Below, in pieces: positions 26,900 to 39,792 of a DNA stretch of 64,000 nucleotides. The DNA comes from the human T2T-CHM13v2.0 reference genome, Homo sapiens. A program made the translations under genes and the position numbers. Position 1 is the first letter of the stretch; each line of letters opens with the position of its first letter. The notes below the pieces were generated by a model, which saw only the letters and a program-made list of their open reading frames with translations, was not told where the DNA came from and ran no database searches. The stretch lies in the NCBI RefSeq assembly GCF_009914755.1, contig NC_060939.1; one strand, written 5' to 3'.

Positions 26900-27840
26900 A
26901 AGGGGAATCTGTTTACATTATTTTGTGTCTTTAATGGAGGGAATAAATGTAACCAGCTGATGTGACTGGGATGTTCATGGATTTTTACAGTAATTACATG
27001 AGATTCTTATTTCAGATAGTCTCTCATAGGGTAGATATCCTCCCAAAATAAAGGTAAAAGAAAGTATACATCTTTTCTTGTTATAAAATTTAAATGCTAT
27101 AGTCTATAAAAGAGGAAACACAACAAGACACTTTGTTTGGGACCTGTCAAGATTTCAAACCCCAAAGGGTCTGTGTTTGGCAACACAGCCTGTCCTTCCC
27201 ATGAGCCAGAGGCTTGTTTTCTCTGTAGCAGTTAGCATTGGCCACACACCTGGATTTGGAAGGACTTCTGAGGTGAGAAAAAACTCACTTTAGAGCTTTA
27301 GTATAAAGCTTGTCTTGCAGAATAGAAGTGTCAAGCAGGATAGAAGTGTGTTTGCATGTTAAATTCCGGCTTTTCTTAAACTCCTTAGAAAGACAGACTA
27401 TCTCTTTTGTTTACATTTTAAAGACATAGCTCTCCCCGTAAAATGACAGGCTCCGAGAGTCTAGCTGCCTCATTTAATCTGTAGTGTCGGGAGAAACAAT
27501 CCCTGGTGAAAATGTAAACACCAGACTATTATTTACCAGTGACACTAGCTCGCAGCCTAATCTTCAGGTGTCTCCGAAAACTATTTTTAAAGAAAGATCT
27601 TCCTTGTTCGGATCTTGTGAATGATCGCCATGCCTGACCAGGTGCTTCTCTTTTGTGACTATTCCTGGCTAGGCCTGTAAAATATGAAATGAATTTGCAG
27701 ACAAGGCTTCCTTATCTGACTCCAAGAACTTTGTTCCCTTGAAGAGCAACCACGGATTTTGATCAAACCCCAGTGGGAACACAACATATTTTTAAAAGAC
27801 ACCTATCTGGGAGCTTACAAAGCATATTTGTAAGTAATGA
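26900..27840 (+). promoter_or_regulatory. Candidate promoter/enhancer with possible alternative first exons
   Basis: TATAAAA at 27105-27111; donors GAG|GTGAGA (27272/27273) and TTT|GTAAGT (27829/27830); MEF2 consensus CTATTTTTAA at 27581; FOX TGTAAACA at 27513; E-boxes; about 9 CpGs in 400 bp. Confidence 0.35.
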
Positions 27841-28299
27841 ATGCATTTGGCCAGGAGCAATACTATTCTTGTTGATTAAAACAAGATGATTTAGTTTTTT
27901 AGTTTTTGTTTTTTTTTTCAATGGGGTTAGTATGACTCATAGACATTAAAGCAGAGGTGCTTTCTGAAGAAGGTGTAGGGAGCAGAATCATTATTTTCCC
28001 AGAGTTTAATACAAAATAGTCATCTTCAAGGGAGGGTAGGTAATTGTGAAATGGAAAAATAATTTGTAGGATTTGGAATTACAAGCCCTGGATTTGAATA
28101 ATGGCTGCATGATCCTAGGGAAACCACTTGATTTTTGAAACCTCAGTTCTCTCACATGTGAGAATAATTATTTTTCTTTTATTCTGTGGATCAAAAAAGG
28201 GATATCATATGTTTTAAAGTGTTCTATGTATATTAAGGCATCATGATATCACTGCTAATACTATTGAGAGGGGAAGGAAAACACGTAGAGGATAATGAA

Positions 28300-29680
28300 A
28301 CAGAAATATTTGTTGTATCCTATATTCCATGCTAGTTATTATGCTATGTATCAAAGAGATAAGGATACAGGACACAGTCACTGGCCTCAAAAAGCATGCC
28401 TAATAGGGGAAGGAGGCTTGTCAGAAATATTGCAAGGCAGTGTGGTAAATGGAATAATAGAGATATCTGCCAGATTCTATGACAGCACCACAAAGGAAGC
28501 GAGTAACTTGGCTTGGCTTAAAAGGAAGAAGATACCCAATCTTTAATGCCTGAATGATTGGTGGGAGTTCACTTCATGTTCCAGAGAGAAGGACATTCCA
28601 GAGAGAAGGGCATGGGGGAATGGAACGGCAGGACAGGATCAGGGATCTGCCAATAGTTTTCCGTGCCTATAGCTCTGCCCTTATGTGGGATAAACTGAGT
28701 TGGACTGGACAGGTAAGCAGGTGCTGGATTACGGAGGGTTACTTTCCGTGAGTAAGCATTTTCCTCCAGAAAAAGGTCTTAAGCAGATAGATTGTCATCC
28801 ATTTATTTAACACCCACTTATACAGTATTGTACTTTCTATATTCCAGGCACTGTTCTAAGAGCTTTATAAATGTTAACTCATTTCATCCTCATAACCACC
28901 AGGCAAAGTAGATACTATTTTTATTCCAATTTAATTCTGAGGAATACAAAACAGAAAAGTTAAGTAACACTCCCAAGATGACAAAACTAGTGAGTGATGG
29001 AATCAGGATTTAACCTAGGCTCTGGAGTCCACGTTTTTAACCACTTCACTCTGCTGCCACTCAGGGTTAGTTCCATGGAGATCACTTTGTTTGCTATGCA
29101 GGGAATGGACTGGAGAGGAGGAAAGGCTGTAGGCAAGGAGAACAGTTGGGATGTGGGTGTAAGAGTCCAGATAAGAAATGATGCATCAGTGAGGTAAGAG
29201 AGAGGGACTGAACAGGTTCAAAGGATATGTTTGGAGATAGAATTGATAGCAACTGGCATGGACTGACTGTAGAGTATAAGGGAGAAGGAGCTAAACATCT
29301 CAGTTGTCAGGGTGGGTGATAATTCCACTAACAAGACACTTATTAGAGTAAGAATGGGAGGAGAAATGTCATGTGGACTTGAAAGCAGCTGTGGAATATG
29401 AAGGTGCCATGTACAGAACACAAGTGGTTATTTGAAGCTGGAATTTCAAAGGAGGGTTCTGAGCCTGAAATTTAGATTTGGGAGTCATCAGTAGAAGTTG
29501 TGGGTATGTGTGTGATTGCCCAGGGAAGTTTTAGAAATGGATCCCTATTGGCTTGATCTGACTTGCAGATGTAAGTAGATGGTTTTGCTTCCTTTGGCAT
29601 AAACTGAGAAGAGCAGGGAGCTTGGAAGAGAATTCCAGGGAGAGCCAGCTACCATCATGTCTCTAAGAGTAGAAGAATGA
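28300..29680 (-). mobile_element. L2 fragment interrupted by a MIR (~28820-29055)
   Basis: L2 motifs 'ggatggactggagagg...gtccagataagaaatgatg...tttagatttgggagtcatcag'. MIR 'ccaggcactgttctaagagcttt...gttaagtaacactcccaagatgaca'. Confidence 0.75.
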
Positions 29681-29847
29681 GAAGAAGCAAAGTAAATGAT
29701 AGAATGCGCAAAATTATATCACTGTCTTCTGCCAGCAACTAGTTGAAATAGACATGTAAGTACTCAAAGTTTGACAACTTCAGAAATAATAGTTTATTAA
29801 AGAAGGGATAAAGGACGTCTACATGTTGAGGATTTCAGCACAGAGAT

Positions 29848-30359
29848 TGCCGAGACCAGCTCAGTCGGGGAGACCCTAACCCAGTGGCGCTAGAGGAATT
29901 AAAGACACACACACAGAAATATAGAGGTGTGAAGTGGGAAATCAGGGGTCTTACAGCCTTCAGAGCTGAGAGCCCCGAACAGAGATATACCCACATATTT
30001 ATTAACAGCAAACCAGTCATTAGCATTGTTTCTATAGATATTAAATTAACTAAAAGTATCCCTTATGGGAAATGAAGGGATGGGCCAAATTAAAGGAATA
30101 GGTTGGGCTAGTTAACTGCAGCAGGAACAGGCCCTTAAGATACAGATCTCTCATGTTATTGTTTGTGGCTTAAGAATGCCTTTAAGCGGTTTTCTGCCCT
30201 GGGCGAGCCAGGTGTTCCTTGCCCTCATTCCTGTAAACCCACAACCTTCCAGCTTGGGCATTAGGGCCATTATGAACACGTTACAGTACTGCAGAGATTT
30301 TGTTTATGGCCAGTTTTGGGGCCAGTTTATGGCCAGATTTTGGGGGCTTGCTCCCAACA
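29848..30359 (-). mobile_element. MER9 solo LTR (HERV-K HML-3)
   Basis: Reverse complement reads TGTTGGGAGCAAGCCCCCAAAATCTGGCCATAAAC...CTGGTCTCGGCA. TSD GAGAT at 29843-29847 and 30360-30364. Confidence 0.92.
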
Positions 30360-30789
30360 GAGATAGAATATCTAACTATGTAAAAAAAAAAGTTCTATTT
30401 AGACTCTCCTGGAAGGACATTTGAATATGTCTACTTTGAGCTTTGTTACAAGCAAGGTGAATGTGAGTTCTTGCAGTTGGGATTAATCATACAGTTTGGT
30501 TCACAGGGATGAGCTTTCTAAGTGCATTTCTGGAGGTACTGCTGCTTTCACAGAGTACTGGGAGCTCTAACTTAGCATTTCACCCACTGTATAAGTGATC
30601 TTAACATACAAAAGATTATGTCAGTGGAATAACCAACAATTTCAAGAGAAGAGCATGTTCTTTATGTTCTCTTTGGGAAGACTTCACGTTGAAATTCAGC
30701 CTTGAAGACAGTGGTGATGATTACATCATGACAAGAGTCATGAAACAAAAGGATCATACTTAGTGTTTGCTGGGTGATATTATAGGGAT

Positions 30790-31151
30790 TGTATTAGTCT
30801 GTTCTCATGCTGGTAATAAAGACATACCTAAGACTGGGTAATTTATAAAGGAAAGAGGTTTAATGGATTCACGGTTCCACACTGCTGGGGAGGCCTCACA
30901 ATCCTGGCAGAAGGCAAAGGAAAGCGAAGGCACATCTTACATGGTGGCAGGCAAGAGAGCTTGTGTAGGGGAACTCCCTTTATAAAACCATCAGATCTTG
31001 TGAGACTTATTCACTATCAAAAGAACAGCATAGGAAAGTCCCACCCCCATGATTCAATTACCTCCCAGTAGGTCACTCCCATGACATGTGAGAAATATGG
31101 GAGCTACAATTCCAGATGAGATTTGGGTGGGGACACAGCCAAACCATATCA
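30790..31151 (-). mobile_element. THE1-type MaLR solo LTR
   Basis: 'tgtattagtctgttctcatgctg...gagatttgggtggggacacagccaaaccatatca'. Confidence 0.92.
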
Positions 31152-31729
31152 TTTTTACCTCATTGTACCATGTAATTTTGAAATGCCACTAAGAAAAAAT
31201 GATATCACCAGAGACTTTTTTGGTGAGTGTATTTACCTCAGTAATGTTAAAGCATCAACTACTAAAATTTAGAATGATACAGTAAGAAGTCATTTTGATT
31301 AGAAAAAAATTAATATTTAGAAATGTTTAACATAGATCAGCTTAGACCTCAATATTTTTAGGTGCGTGTGGTAGGGCAGATTACATTTAATTTGGGCCTT
31401 GCTCTTGTACTTACTACTTAACTATCAGCAGAATTTTAAGAGGAAAACTTCTATGTTTGAATATTTCAAGTACAGTGAATTTGATTATAAACACTTTAGA
31501 GACAAACTGTTTCCATTATAATAAAAGTCATGTTATCTGGCACTGCACCCATTGGAAAGTTTTAGAAACCAGCATTTTTCAAATGTAGCTCTTCATTCTT
31601 GAAACTTGTTTCAACACTACAACTAAAGCAACAGGCTAGAATTCCTATGAGAATAATATCAAAAAGAACAAAAATAAGATGCTACCGGTGATACAGAAGG
31701 AGAGAACTGTGATGTCATTTATTTTAGAT

Positions 31730-32255
31730 ATATCTTACTGTGTAACAAACTACTCATAACAAAGGCTGAAAATGACAATGGTTTATTATCTGTCACCATT
31801 CTGTGCATTGCCTGAGTGGTCCTTCTGCTCTGGTCACTCAGCTGGCCGCCTTGACCTGGTAACTGGGCTGGAATGAAGCATGCAAGGTGGCCTTTCTCAC
31901 ATGTCTGGGGCCTTGAAGCTGACTGTCAGCTAAGCTGATTGATTTCTCCTCCAGAGTTTCATGTGTCCTCTCTCTCCACAGTTTCTTCACATGGCCCCTT
32001 TCTTCATGGCCTCTCTCTTCCTCATAGCACGACAGTTGAGCTCCCAGAGAGCAGGAGTAGATACTACCAGTCCTCTCAATGTCTAGACTTCGAACTCACA
32101 CAAGCCCCTACCATTGCATTCTATTGGTCAAAGCAAATCACAAGGCCAGATTCAAAGGAGGGGAAATAATCTTTACCTCTTGATGGAAGGAGTGGCCTGT
32201 AACTAAAAGAACTGGTGGAATTGCTGGTGACCATCTTTGGAGATAATCAACCATA
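31730..32255 (-). mobile_element. MLT1 (F/G/H-like) MaLR LTR
   Basis: 'tgtgtaacaaactactc...cattctattggtcaaagcaaatcacaaggccagattcaa...gaccatctttggagataatc'. Confidence 0.75.
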
Positions 32256-32919
32256 TCATTAAGAGTAGATTTTCTGGGAAGAGGGCTGCTTTGGCTCTTT
32301 CTAGGGCAGTGGTAAATATACAAACACTGGTACTTATTAAAAATCTGAATACACAAACTAAATACACAAACACTGGTACTTATAAAACACCCTATTGGTC
32401 TGTCTGTGCTGGGAAAAATTGTTCCTCAGTAGCCTTTGCTGGATTTTATTAGATCTGCCCCTTTGTACTCACACTTTATACTCATTACTTGACAGAATCA
32501 TTATAATATACAAAATTTAAGATTATACTGTACTAAAGATTACATTTCTACTAAGTGTTAGGTTAAATGCTGGGGAAACAGCCATAAACAGCCAGACATA
32601 GTTGCTTCCCTCATGCATTTTAGTACTGAGATCTTAAGGTACTTTTTCAGTGTAAAGATTTTTAGAGCATGGAAATAAAAGTAAGATTTACACTCAAATG
32701 AAGTTATTGTCGACCTCTGCAGAGAACACTTAGTTTTGTCAAATGAAAAATACTCTCTAGTCAAAATGAGCTTTTGCTAAATTAAATATTCTTAATTTAA
32801 AGGGACACTTAAGAGATTTGCCAGGGAAAGAACCAGCAGTTGACAACTGTCGAATGCCATTCAATGACAGTGACTTCTGCTTAAGTGAGATGAGCTTACC
32901 ATCTCAGACAGAAAGTTGT

Positions 32920-33257
<338 letters not shown>

Positions 33258-33816
33258 TTTTTTGGCTTATTAATCATAATGCTTGCATTACAAGGTGGGT
33301 GGGGTGTATGCATATGTGTGTACAAATTGTCTTTGCTTCCTTCTTCCTAATCTTGTATGCTTTCCACTTTCCTGGGTGATGCAGGGTAAGGGCTGATTTA
33401 CAGGGCTCTTGCGTTCTGGCTTATATGCCTAGTCTAAGCTTTAAAATACATGGTTGAGACAACTAAACCAAGGTATACACTTGGGTAAGTTTTGAAAGAC
33501 TCTGCGACTCTTCTCTTAAAAAGGGGTGAAATCAATTGAGGTGTGTTTTTGTTAAAATCGTCTTTCACTAGCAGGAAGTATGCCTAATGCCACATATAGA
33601 ACATATGCTACAAATCAGGGTGAGTCCTTGGTGTTACAGTGCTGTCAACGGTTCATATCGTAGGCATGAAATCATTTACCAAAATGGAAATGATTAAGCT
33701 GATTGTTTAACATCTGGCCTACCATCAGTGTTAGTGTTTTTAATCATCCAAAATACACCCCTCATGTCACTCTTAATTTGTTACATACTAGGTGCTGGTT
33801 TAACAGTGCTGACCTA

Positions 33817-34144
<328 letters not shown>

Positions 34145-34349
34145 TCAGGTATTTAAGTGACAGACCAAAATGTTTAAGTACAGAATAATATTCACAGGTA
34201 CTCCATTCTAAATTATAGAATTTCCATAACCTGTGATGTTAAAATTAATGCAATTTGTCTAACTGCAGGTACTCGGTAAATACCTGAAAGTGTTAACAAG
34301 AAAATGAACAAGGGAATGCTTTTTACCCAAGGCAATTAGACATACTAAT

Positions 34350-35630
34350 TTTCTTCAAGAAACTCTCCCTTACCTGGGCTTCCATGACTCCTATCTCTGT
34401 TCATACTCTTCTTACCACTCTAACCCTTTCTTCTGAGTTTCTTTTTCTGCCTTTTCTTCCTATTCCTTTCCTTTAAATATTGCAGTTTCCTTAGCTTTGA
34501 CCTCTTTTCTTATTCATTTCACTCTCTGGCCACTCGTATTCATTTGTATGAGCTTTTGATTCTAAGCCCTTAAGTCCCATGCATACTTAGGCCTAGGTCA
34601 AATCTCTTTTCAGAACTTTAAAACCCACATACTCAACTATCTCTTAAACATCCCCATTTAATTTTCACAAAAGAATTTTATAATTAAACATGCCAAAAGA
34701 GGAGCTCATTACCTTTGTCACCAAACCTCCATTCCTAAGCTCCAGCCATTCTGGTTGGCACTGTCATCCAGTCATCAACCCAGGAATACAGGATTCATTT
34801 AAAGATGCCTCCCTCTTCTCACTTTGATTTCATAAGTGACTAAATCCTGTTGATTATTTTTGTGTAAGATCCTCCAATAACAGGCCTTGCCTTTCTCTTC
34901 AACTCTAAATCTACTGCCATAGTTCAGATCCTTATCATCTCAGCCTGGACAATTAGGATAGCATCCTGTTCTTCCTTCTCTAACCTACACTCTATGCTGC
35001 CCACTTCCCCCTACCATGAAAACTTTTTAATACAAAAATCTTATTACTTTGTGGCCCTGCTTAATAATTTAGCAGTTGTCTTCAAATTTTATAGATATAT
35101 AATGTACCTCTTCAATAAAGAAAAAACATCAACATATGCATATATATATACATATATATATCTTAAAAACTGTCAACATGTATTACCACACAAATATAAG
35201 ATGCACACAAATCAAAACGATGGTATTACTATAATGTAGTTAGACATTTAAATATTTACTTCCAACATTTCAGCACTGTATTCCACAGCACTGGGGGTGG
35301 ATACACCCCGCTGTGGAAGCCTCTGAACGACTGGATACATTCCAAAGTTTTAATATGGTTTACACTGTCTGGTCTCTCTCTGCCTCTCTAGCCATAGACC
35401 TTAACACGCACAGTTAGCATGCTGTAATTTAGTCATTCTGAACCACTGTAGCTCCCTGAGTGCACTATGCTGTTGAATACGTCTGTGCCTTTGCTCCCTC
35501 TGTTTTCTCAGCTCATAGCACCATCTTCAGCCTTGTCTATCTGGTGACCATTTATTGAACTTTTAGGGTTCCGATTATAAACCTTCTCATTATTGAAGTT
35601 TTTCCTACAATTTTACTCAATAATGCTCTG
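34350..35630 (+). mobile_element. Fragmented L2
   Basis: Pyrimidine-rich L2 motifs 'cccacatactcaactatctcttaaacatcccc', 'aaacatgccaaaagaggagctcatt' and 'tctgtgcctttgctc'. Confidence 0.6.
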
Positions 35631-35653
35631 TAGAGAACTTCTGCAAGAATGAT

Positions 35654-36094
35654 GTGTTAGGCCATTCTTGCATTGCTATAACAAAATACCTGAGACTGGG
35701 TATTTTATAAAGGAAAGAGGTTTAATTGGCTCATGGTTCTGCAGGCTGCATGGGATGCATGGTTCTGCAGGCTGCATGGGATGCAAGGTGCCAGGCAACT
35801 GCGTGGCTTCTGGTGAGGCCTCAGGAAGCTTAAAATCATGGCAAAGGCAAAAGGAGAGCCAGCATATTACATTGCAAGAGCAAGAGAGAGAGTGAGGGAG
35901 GTGCCACATACTTTTCAACAACCAGATCTCACAAGATCTCACTTGCTATTGAAAGGACAGCACCAAGTGGATGGTGCTAAACCATTGTTGAAAAATCTGC
36001 CCCCATGATCCAGTCACTTCCCACAAGACCCCAACTCCAACAATGGATATTAACTCTCAATATGAGATTGGGAGGACACATCCAAACTATATCA
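35654..36094 (-). mobile_element. MSTB-like MaLR solo LTR
   Basis: 'tgtgttaggccattcttgcattgctata...catccaaactatatca'. Confidence 0.88.
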
Positions 36095-36412
36095 AACACT
36101 CACACCTCACTGCATTTCCTTGTACCTATAATTGTCTACTGATGCCAGACTCTGTAATCTGGTGTAGTAGAGTTCTTTCCAACCCCCGCCTTTTTCTCTC
36201 ACTTTGTATTTCTAACACTTAAGCAAATAGTATGATTACATGTTTGCCGAGTGCATGAATAAATTTATGTTTATCTTAAAATCAGAAGGTAAAGCCAAGT
36301 CCTAGAATAACAAGCAAAGCTACCAATTAAAGAGAGTCAGCTATTTCTAGACAACTGTAATATGTTTGTAATTGACATTATCTCCAATCCCTCAAATAGT
36401 CGTAGAAGGTAT

Positions 36413-36780
36413 ATGTCTTATTCTGTTCATGCTGCTATATCAGAATACCATAGAATAGGTGCTTATGAGTAACAGATACTCATTTCTCATAGTTTTCAAG
36501 GCTGAGAAATCCCAGAGCAAGGCACCGACACAGTCAGTGTCTGATGAGGGTTCTGTTCCTTGATTCACAGAGATCTGTCTCCTCACTGTGTCTGCTCATT
36601 GTAGAGGAGGTGAGGATGGTCTCTGGGAGCCTCTTTTAATAGGGTACTAATCCCATTCATGAGGATTCCACCCTTACGATCCAGTCAACTTCCAAAGGTC
36701 CCACATCCTAATATCATTACATTGGGGAGTGAAGTTTCAACATATGAAGTTAGGGGGACATAAAGATTCATTCCCTAGCA
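36413..36780 (-). mobile_element. MLT1A/MSTD-like MaLR LTR
   Basis: 'tgtcttattctgttcatgctgctata...ctaatcccattcatgagg...tttcaacatatgaag.tagggggaca...tagca'. Confidence 0.8.
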
Positions 36781-38706
36781 GTATATATTCTCATATCTAT
36801 TTTACATATGAAGGAGCCAGGATGCAGAGATGAGAAGAGTTTTCTCCACATCAACCAGGAAGTTTAATTATATTGCTGGTGGTGGCCATTGTCACAATAT
36901 CTCCTACTTTTCTTCTTTTTCTTAATTACTTTTATCCTCCTCATTAAAAAAAAAACCTCTTTCAATGGTTTCTGATTTGAGGAGGAAGGGGCCACCCATT
37001 ATGAGTGTTGCTTACCACTGAGAACACTCCTTCCCACCCACCCACAGTAAGAAACCATAATGTATGAAGGGCATTTCTCAGTTCTTAGCTTTATTCCCCT
37101 CTGTTCATTTATTTGGGAGATTTTAAATGACTTTTCTTTGGTTTCAGAGATATGGGGTTTTGTTTTACTTTTCTGCATCTGGTTCTAGATCCATGAAAAA
37201 CTACTTTGTAATACTGAATCACAAAGAAATGTATAGAATAAAAATAAGGTAAAAAGCAGAGAAATAAGGACTTCTCATGATCCACCTACCCAATTTAAAA
37301 ATTAGTACATTTTGGCCAAGATGGCCTATTTGGAAGCAGATACAGTCCATGGTTCTCATGGAGAATGAAAATGGCGAGTTAATTCCATATCTTCAACTGA
37401 GGTATCCAGGTTCTCACATTGGGACTGACTAGGTGGGCGACTCAACCCACAGAGGGTGAGGAAAAGCAGGGTGGGGTGATGGCCCACCTAAGAACAGCTT
37501 GGAGCCAGAAGAGCCCCCACCCTCAGCCAAGATAGGTGGTGAGTGTTATGTGACCCTGCCCAGGAAGCCACACTTTTCCCATGGATCTCTGAAACCCATG
37601 GAACAGGAGACCCCCTTGTGAGCCCATGCCACCGGGGTTTTGGGTCCAAAGCACAGAGATGTGCAAAGTCTTGGTGGGGTGCAGGGTGGCCACTCCAGCA
37701 CGCACAGAAACCTAGGAGTTGTTACGCATATTCTAGCCCTGGGAATTCTGGCAAAGCAGGAGATCTGATCATTTATTCCCCTAGGAAGGGGTCTGAATCC
37801 AGGGAATAAGTGGCATCATTATGTGGGCCCCACTCCCATGGCACCTCACAAGTTAAGACTCATTTGCTTGGAATTCCAGCTGTTTAGGAGCAGCAGGCTG
37901 AAGACTGCCTGAGACTGCCTGAGACAGACCAAGTTCCTGGGGGAGAGTCAGACACCATCTCTGCAGTTCCAGTCAGCCATTGTAGCCTGCTGGCTCTGGG
38001 GAGTCTGGGCAGTCCAGAACAGCAGTCTTCCACAAGGCAGCAGATCATGGCCAGACTGCTCCTTTAAGTGGGACCCTGATCCATCCCTCATCACTGGGTA
38101 GGGGCTCCCTGTGGGAATTTCAGCAACACCAGCCAGGGTTATACAAACAGATCTCTGATCTCTCCCTAGGATGGAGCCCCTGGGAGGAGGGGCAGCCACT
38201 GTATCTGCAGTTCAGCTGACTTACCTTTCCTGCCTGCTGGCTCTGGAGAGTCTGGGTAGTTTGGATGAGGGGTGTTTCCCCCAGTGCAGTGCACTTGCTC
38301 TGCCAAGGGGCAGCCAGACTACTTCTTTAAGTGAGACCCTGGTCCCATTCCTCCTGACTGGGTGAAACCTCCCAACAGGGGTCTCCAGACACCTACAGGA
38401 GCATTCAGGCTGGCATCAGGTCTGTGCCCCTCTGGGACACAGCTCCCAGAGGAAGGAGCAGGCTGCCACCTTTGCTATTTCACAGTCTTCACTGGTGATA
38501 GCTCCAGATGTGGGAGGGACCAAAGTCACTAGGGTCTGGAGTGGACCCCCAGCAAACTGCAGCAGCCCTATGGTTGCTAACAGTCAGTGGCCTGTTTGTT
38601 AAAGAAAAACAAATGGAAATCAACAACAACATCAACAAAAAGTCCCCCCAAAAACCCATTCTGAGGTCAGCAACCTCAAAGACCAAAGGTGGATAAGCCC
38701 ACAAAG

Positions 38707-39740
38707 ATGAGAAAGAATCAATGCAAAAATGCTGAAAACTCAAAAAGCCATAGTGCCTCTTCTCCTCCAAATGACTGCAACACCTCTCCAGCAAGGGCAC
38801 AGAACTGGGCTGAGGCTGAGATGGCTGAATTGACAGAAGTAGGCTTCTGAAGGTGGATAATAACAAACTTCAGTGAGCTAAAGGAGCATGTTCTAACCCA
38901 ATGCAAAGAAGCGAAAAATCATGATAAAACAATTTCGATGTTGATAACTAGAATAGCCAGTTTAGAGAGGATCATAACTAACCTGATGGAGCTGAAAAAC
39001 ACAAGATGAGAATTTCATAATGCAATCACAAGTATCAATAGCAGAATAGGCCATGCAGAGGAAAGAATATCAGAGCTTGAAGACTATCTTTCTGAAAAAA
39101 GACAGGCAGGCAAGAATAGAGAAAAAAGAATTAAAAGGAACAAACAAAACCTCCAAGAAATATGGGACTATGTAAAAAGACTGAACCTATGACTAATTGG
39201 GGTACATGAAAGAGATGGAGAGGACAGAACCAAGTTACAAATCATACTTTAGGATTTCATACAGTAGAACTTCCCAACCTAGCAAGACAGGCCAGCATTC
39301 AAATTCAGGAAATGCAGAGAACCCCAGTAAGATACTCCATGAGAAGATCAACCCCAAGACACATAATCATCAGGTTCTCCAAGGTTGAAATGAAAGAAAA
39401 AATGTTAAAGGCAGCCAGAGAGAAAGGCCAGGTCACCTACAAAGGGAAATCCATCAGACTAACAGTGGACCTCCCAGTGGAAACCCTACAAGCCAGAAGA
39501 GAGTGGGGGCCAATATTCAACATTCTTAGGGAAGAGAATTTCTAACCCAGAATTTTATATCTGGCCAAAGTTAGCTTCATAAGTGACGAGAACAATGTTC
39601 CTTTCAGATAAGCAAATGCTGAAGGAATTTGTCACCACTGGGCCTGCCTTGTGAGAGGTCCCGAAGGAAGAACTAAATATGAAAAGGAAAAACCATTACC
39701 AGCCACTACAAAAACACAATGAAGTACACAGACCAGTGAT
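38707..39740 (+). pseudogene. L1 ORF1p, disrupted
   Basis: MRKNQCKNAENSK start; RRSTPRHIIIRFSKVEMKEKMLKAAREKGQVTYKG and ARREWG motifs; multiple stops and frameshifts. Confidence 0.9.
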
Positions 39741-39792
39741 ACTGTGAAGCAACCACATAAACAAGTCTGCAAAATAACCAGCTAGCATGATA

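Noticed and set aside
37940-38380. Two similar ~200-bp units in the L1 5'UTR
   Set aside because: Highly diverged and most likely an inherent feature of this L1 subfamily's 5'UTR rather than a locus-specific event.
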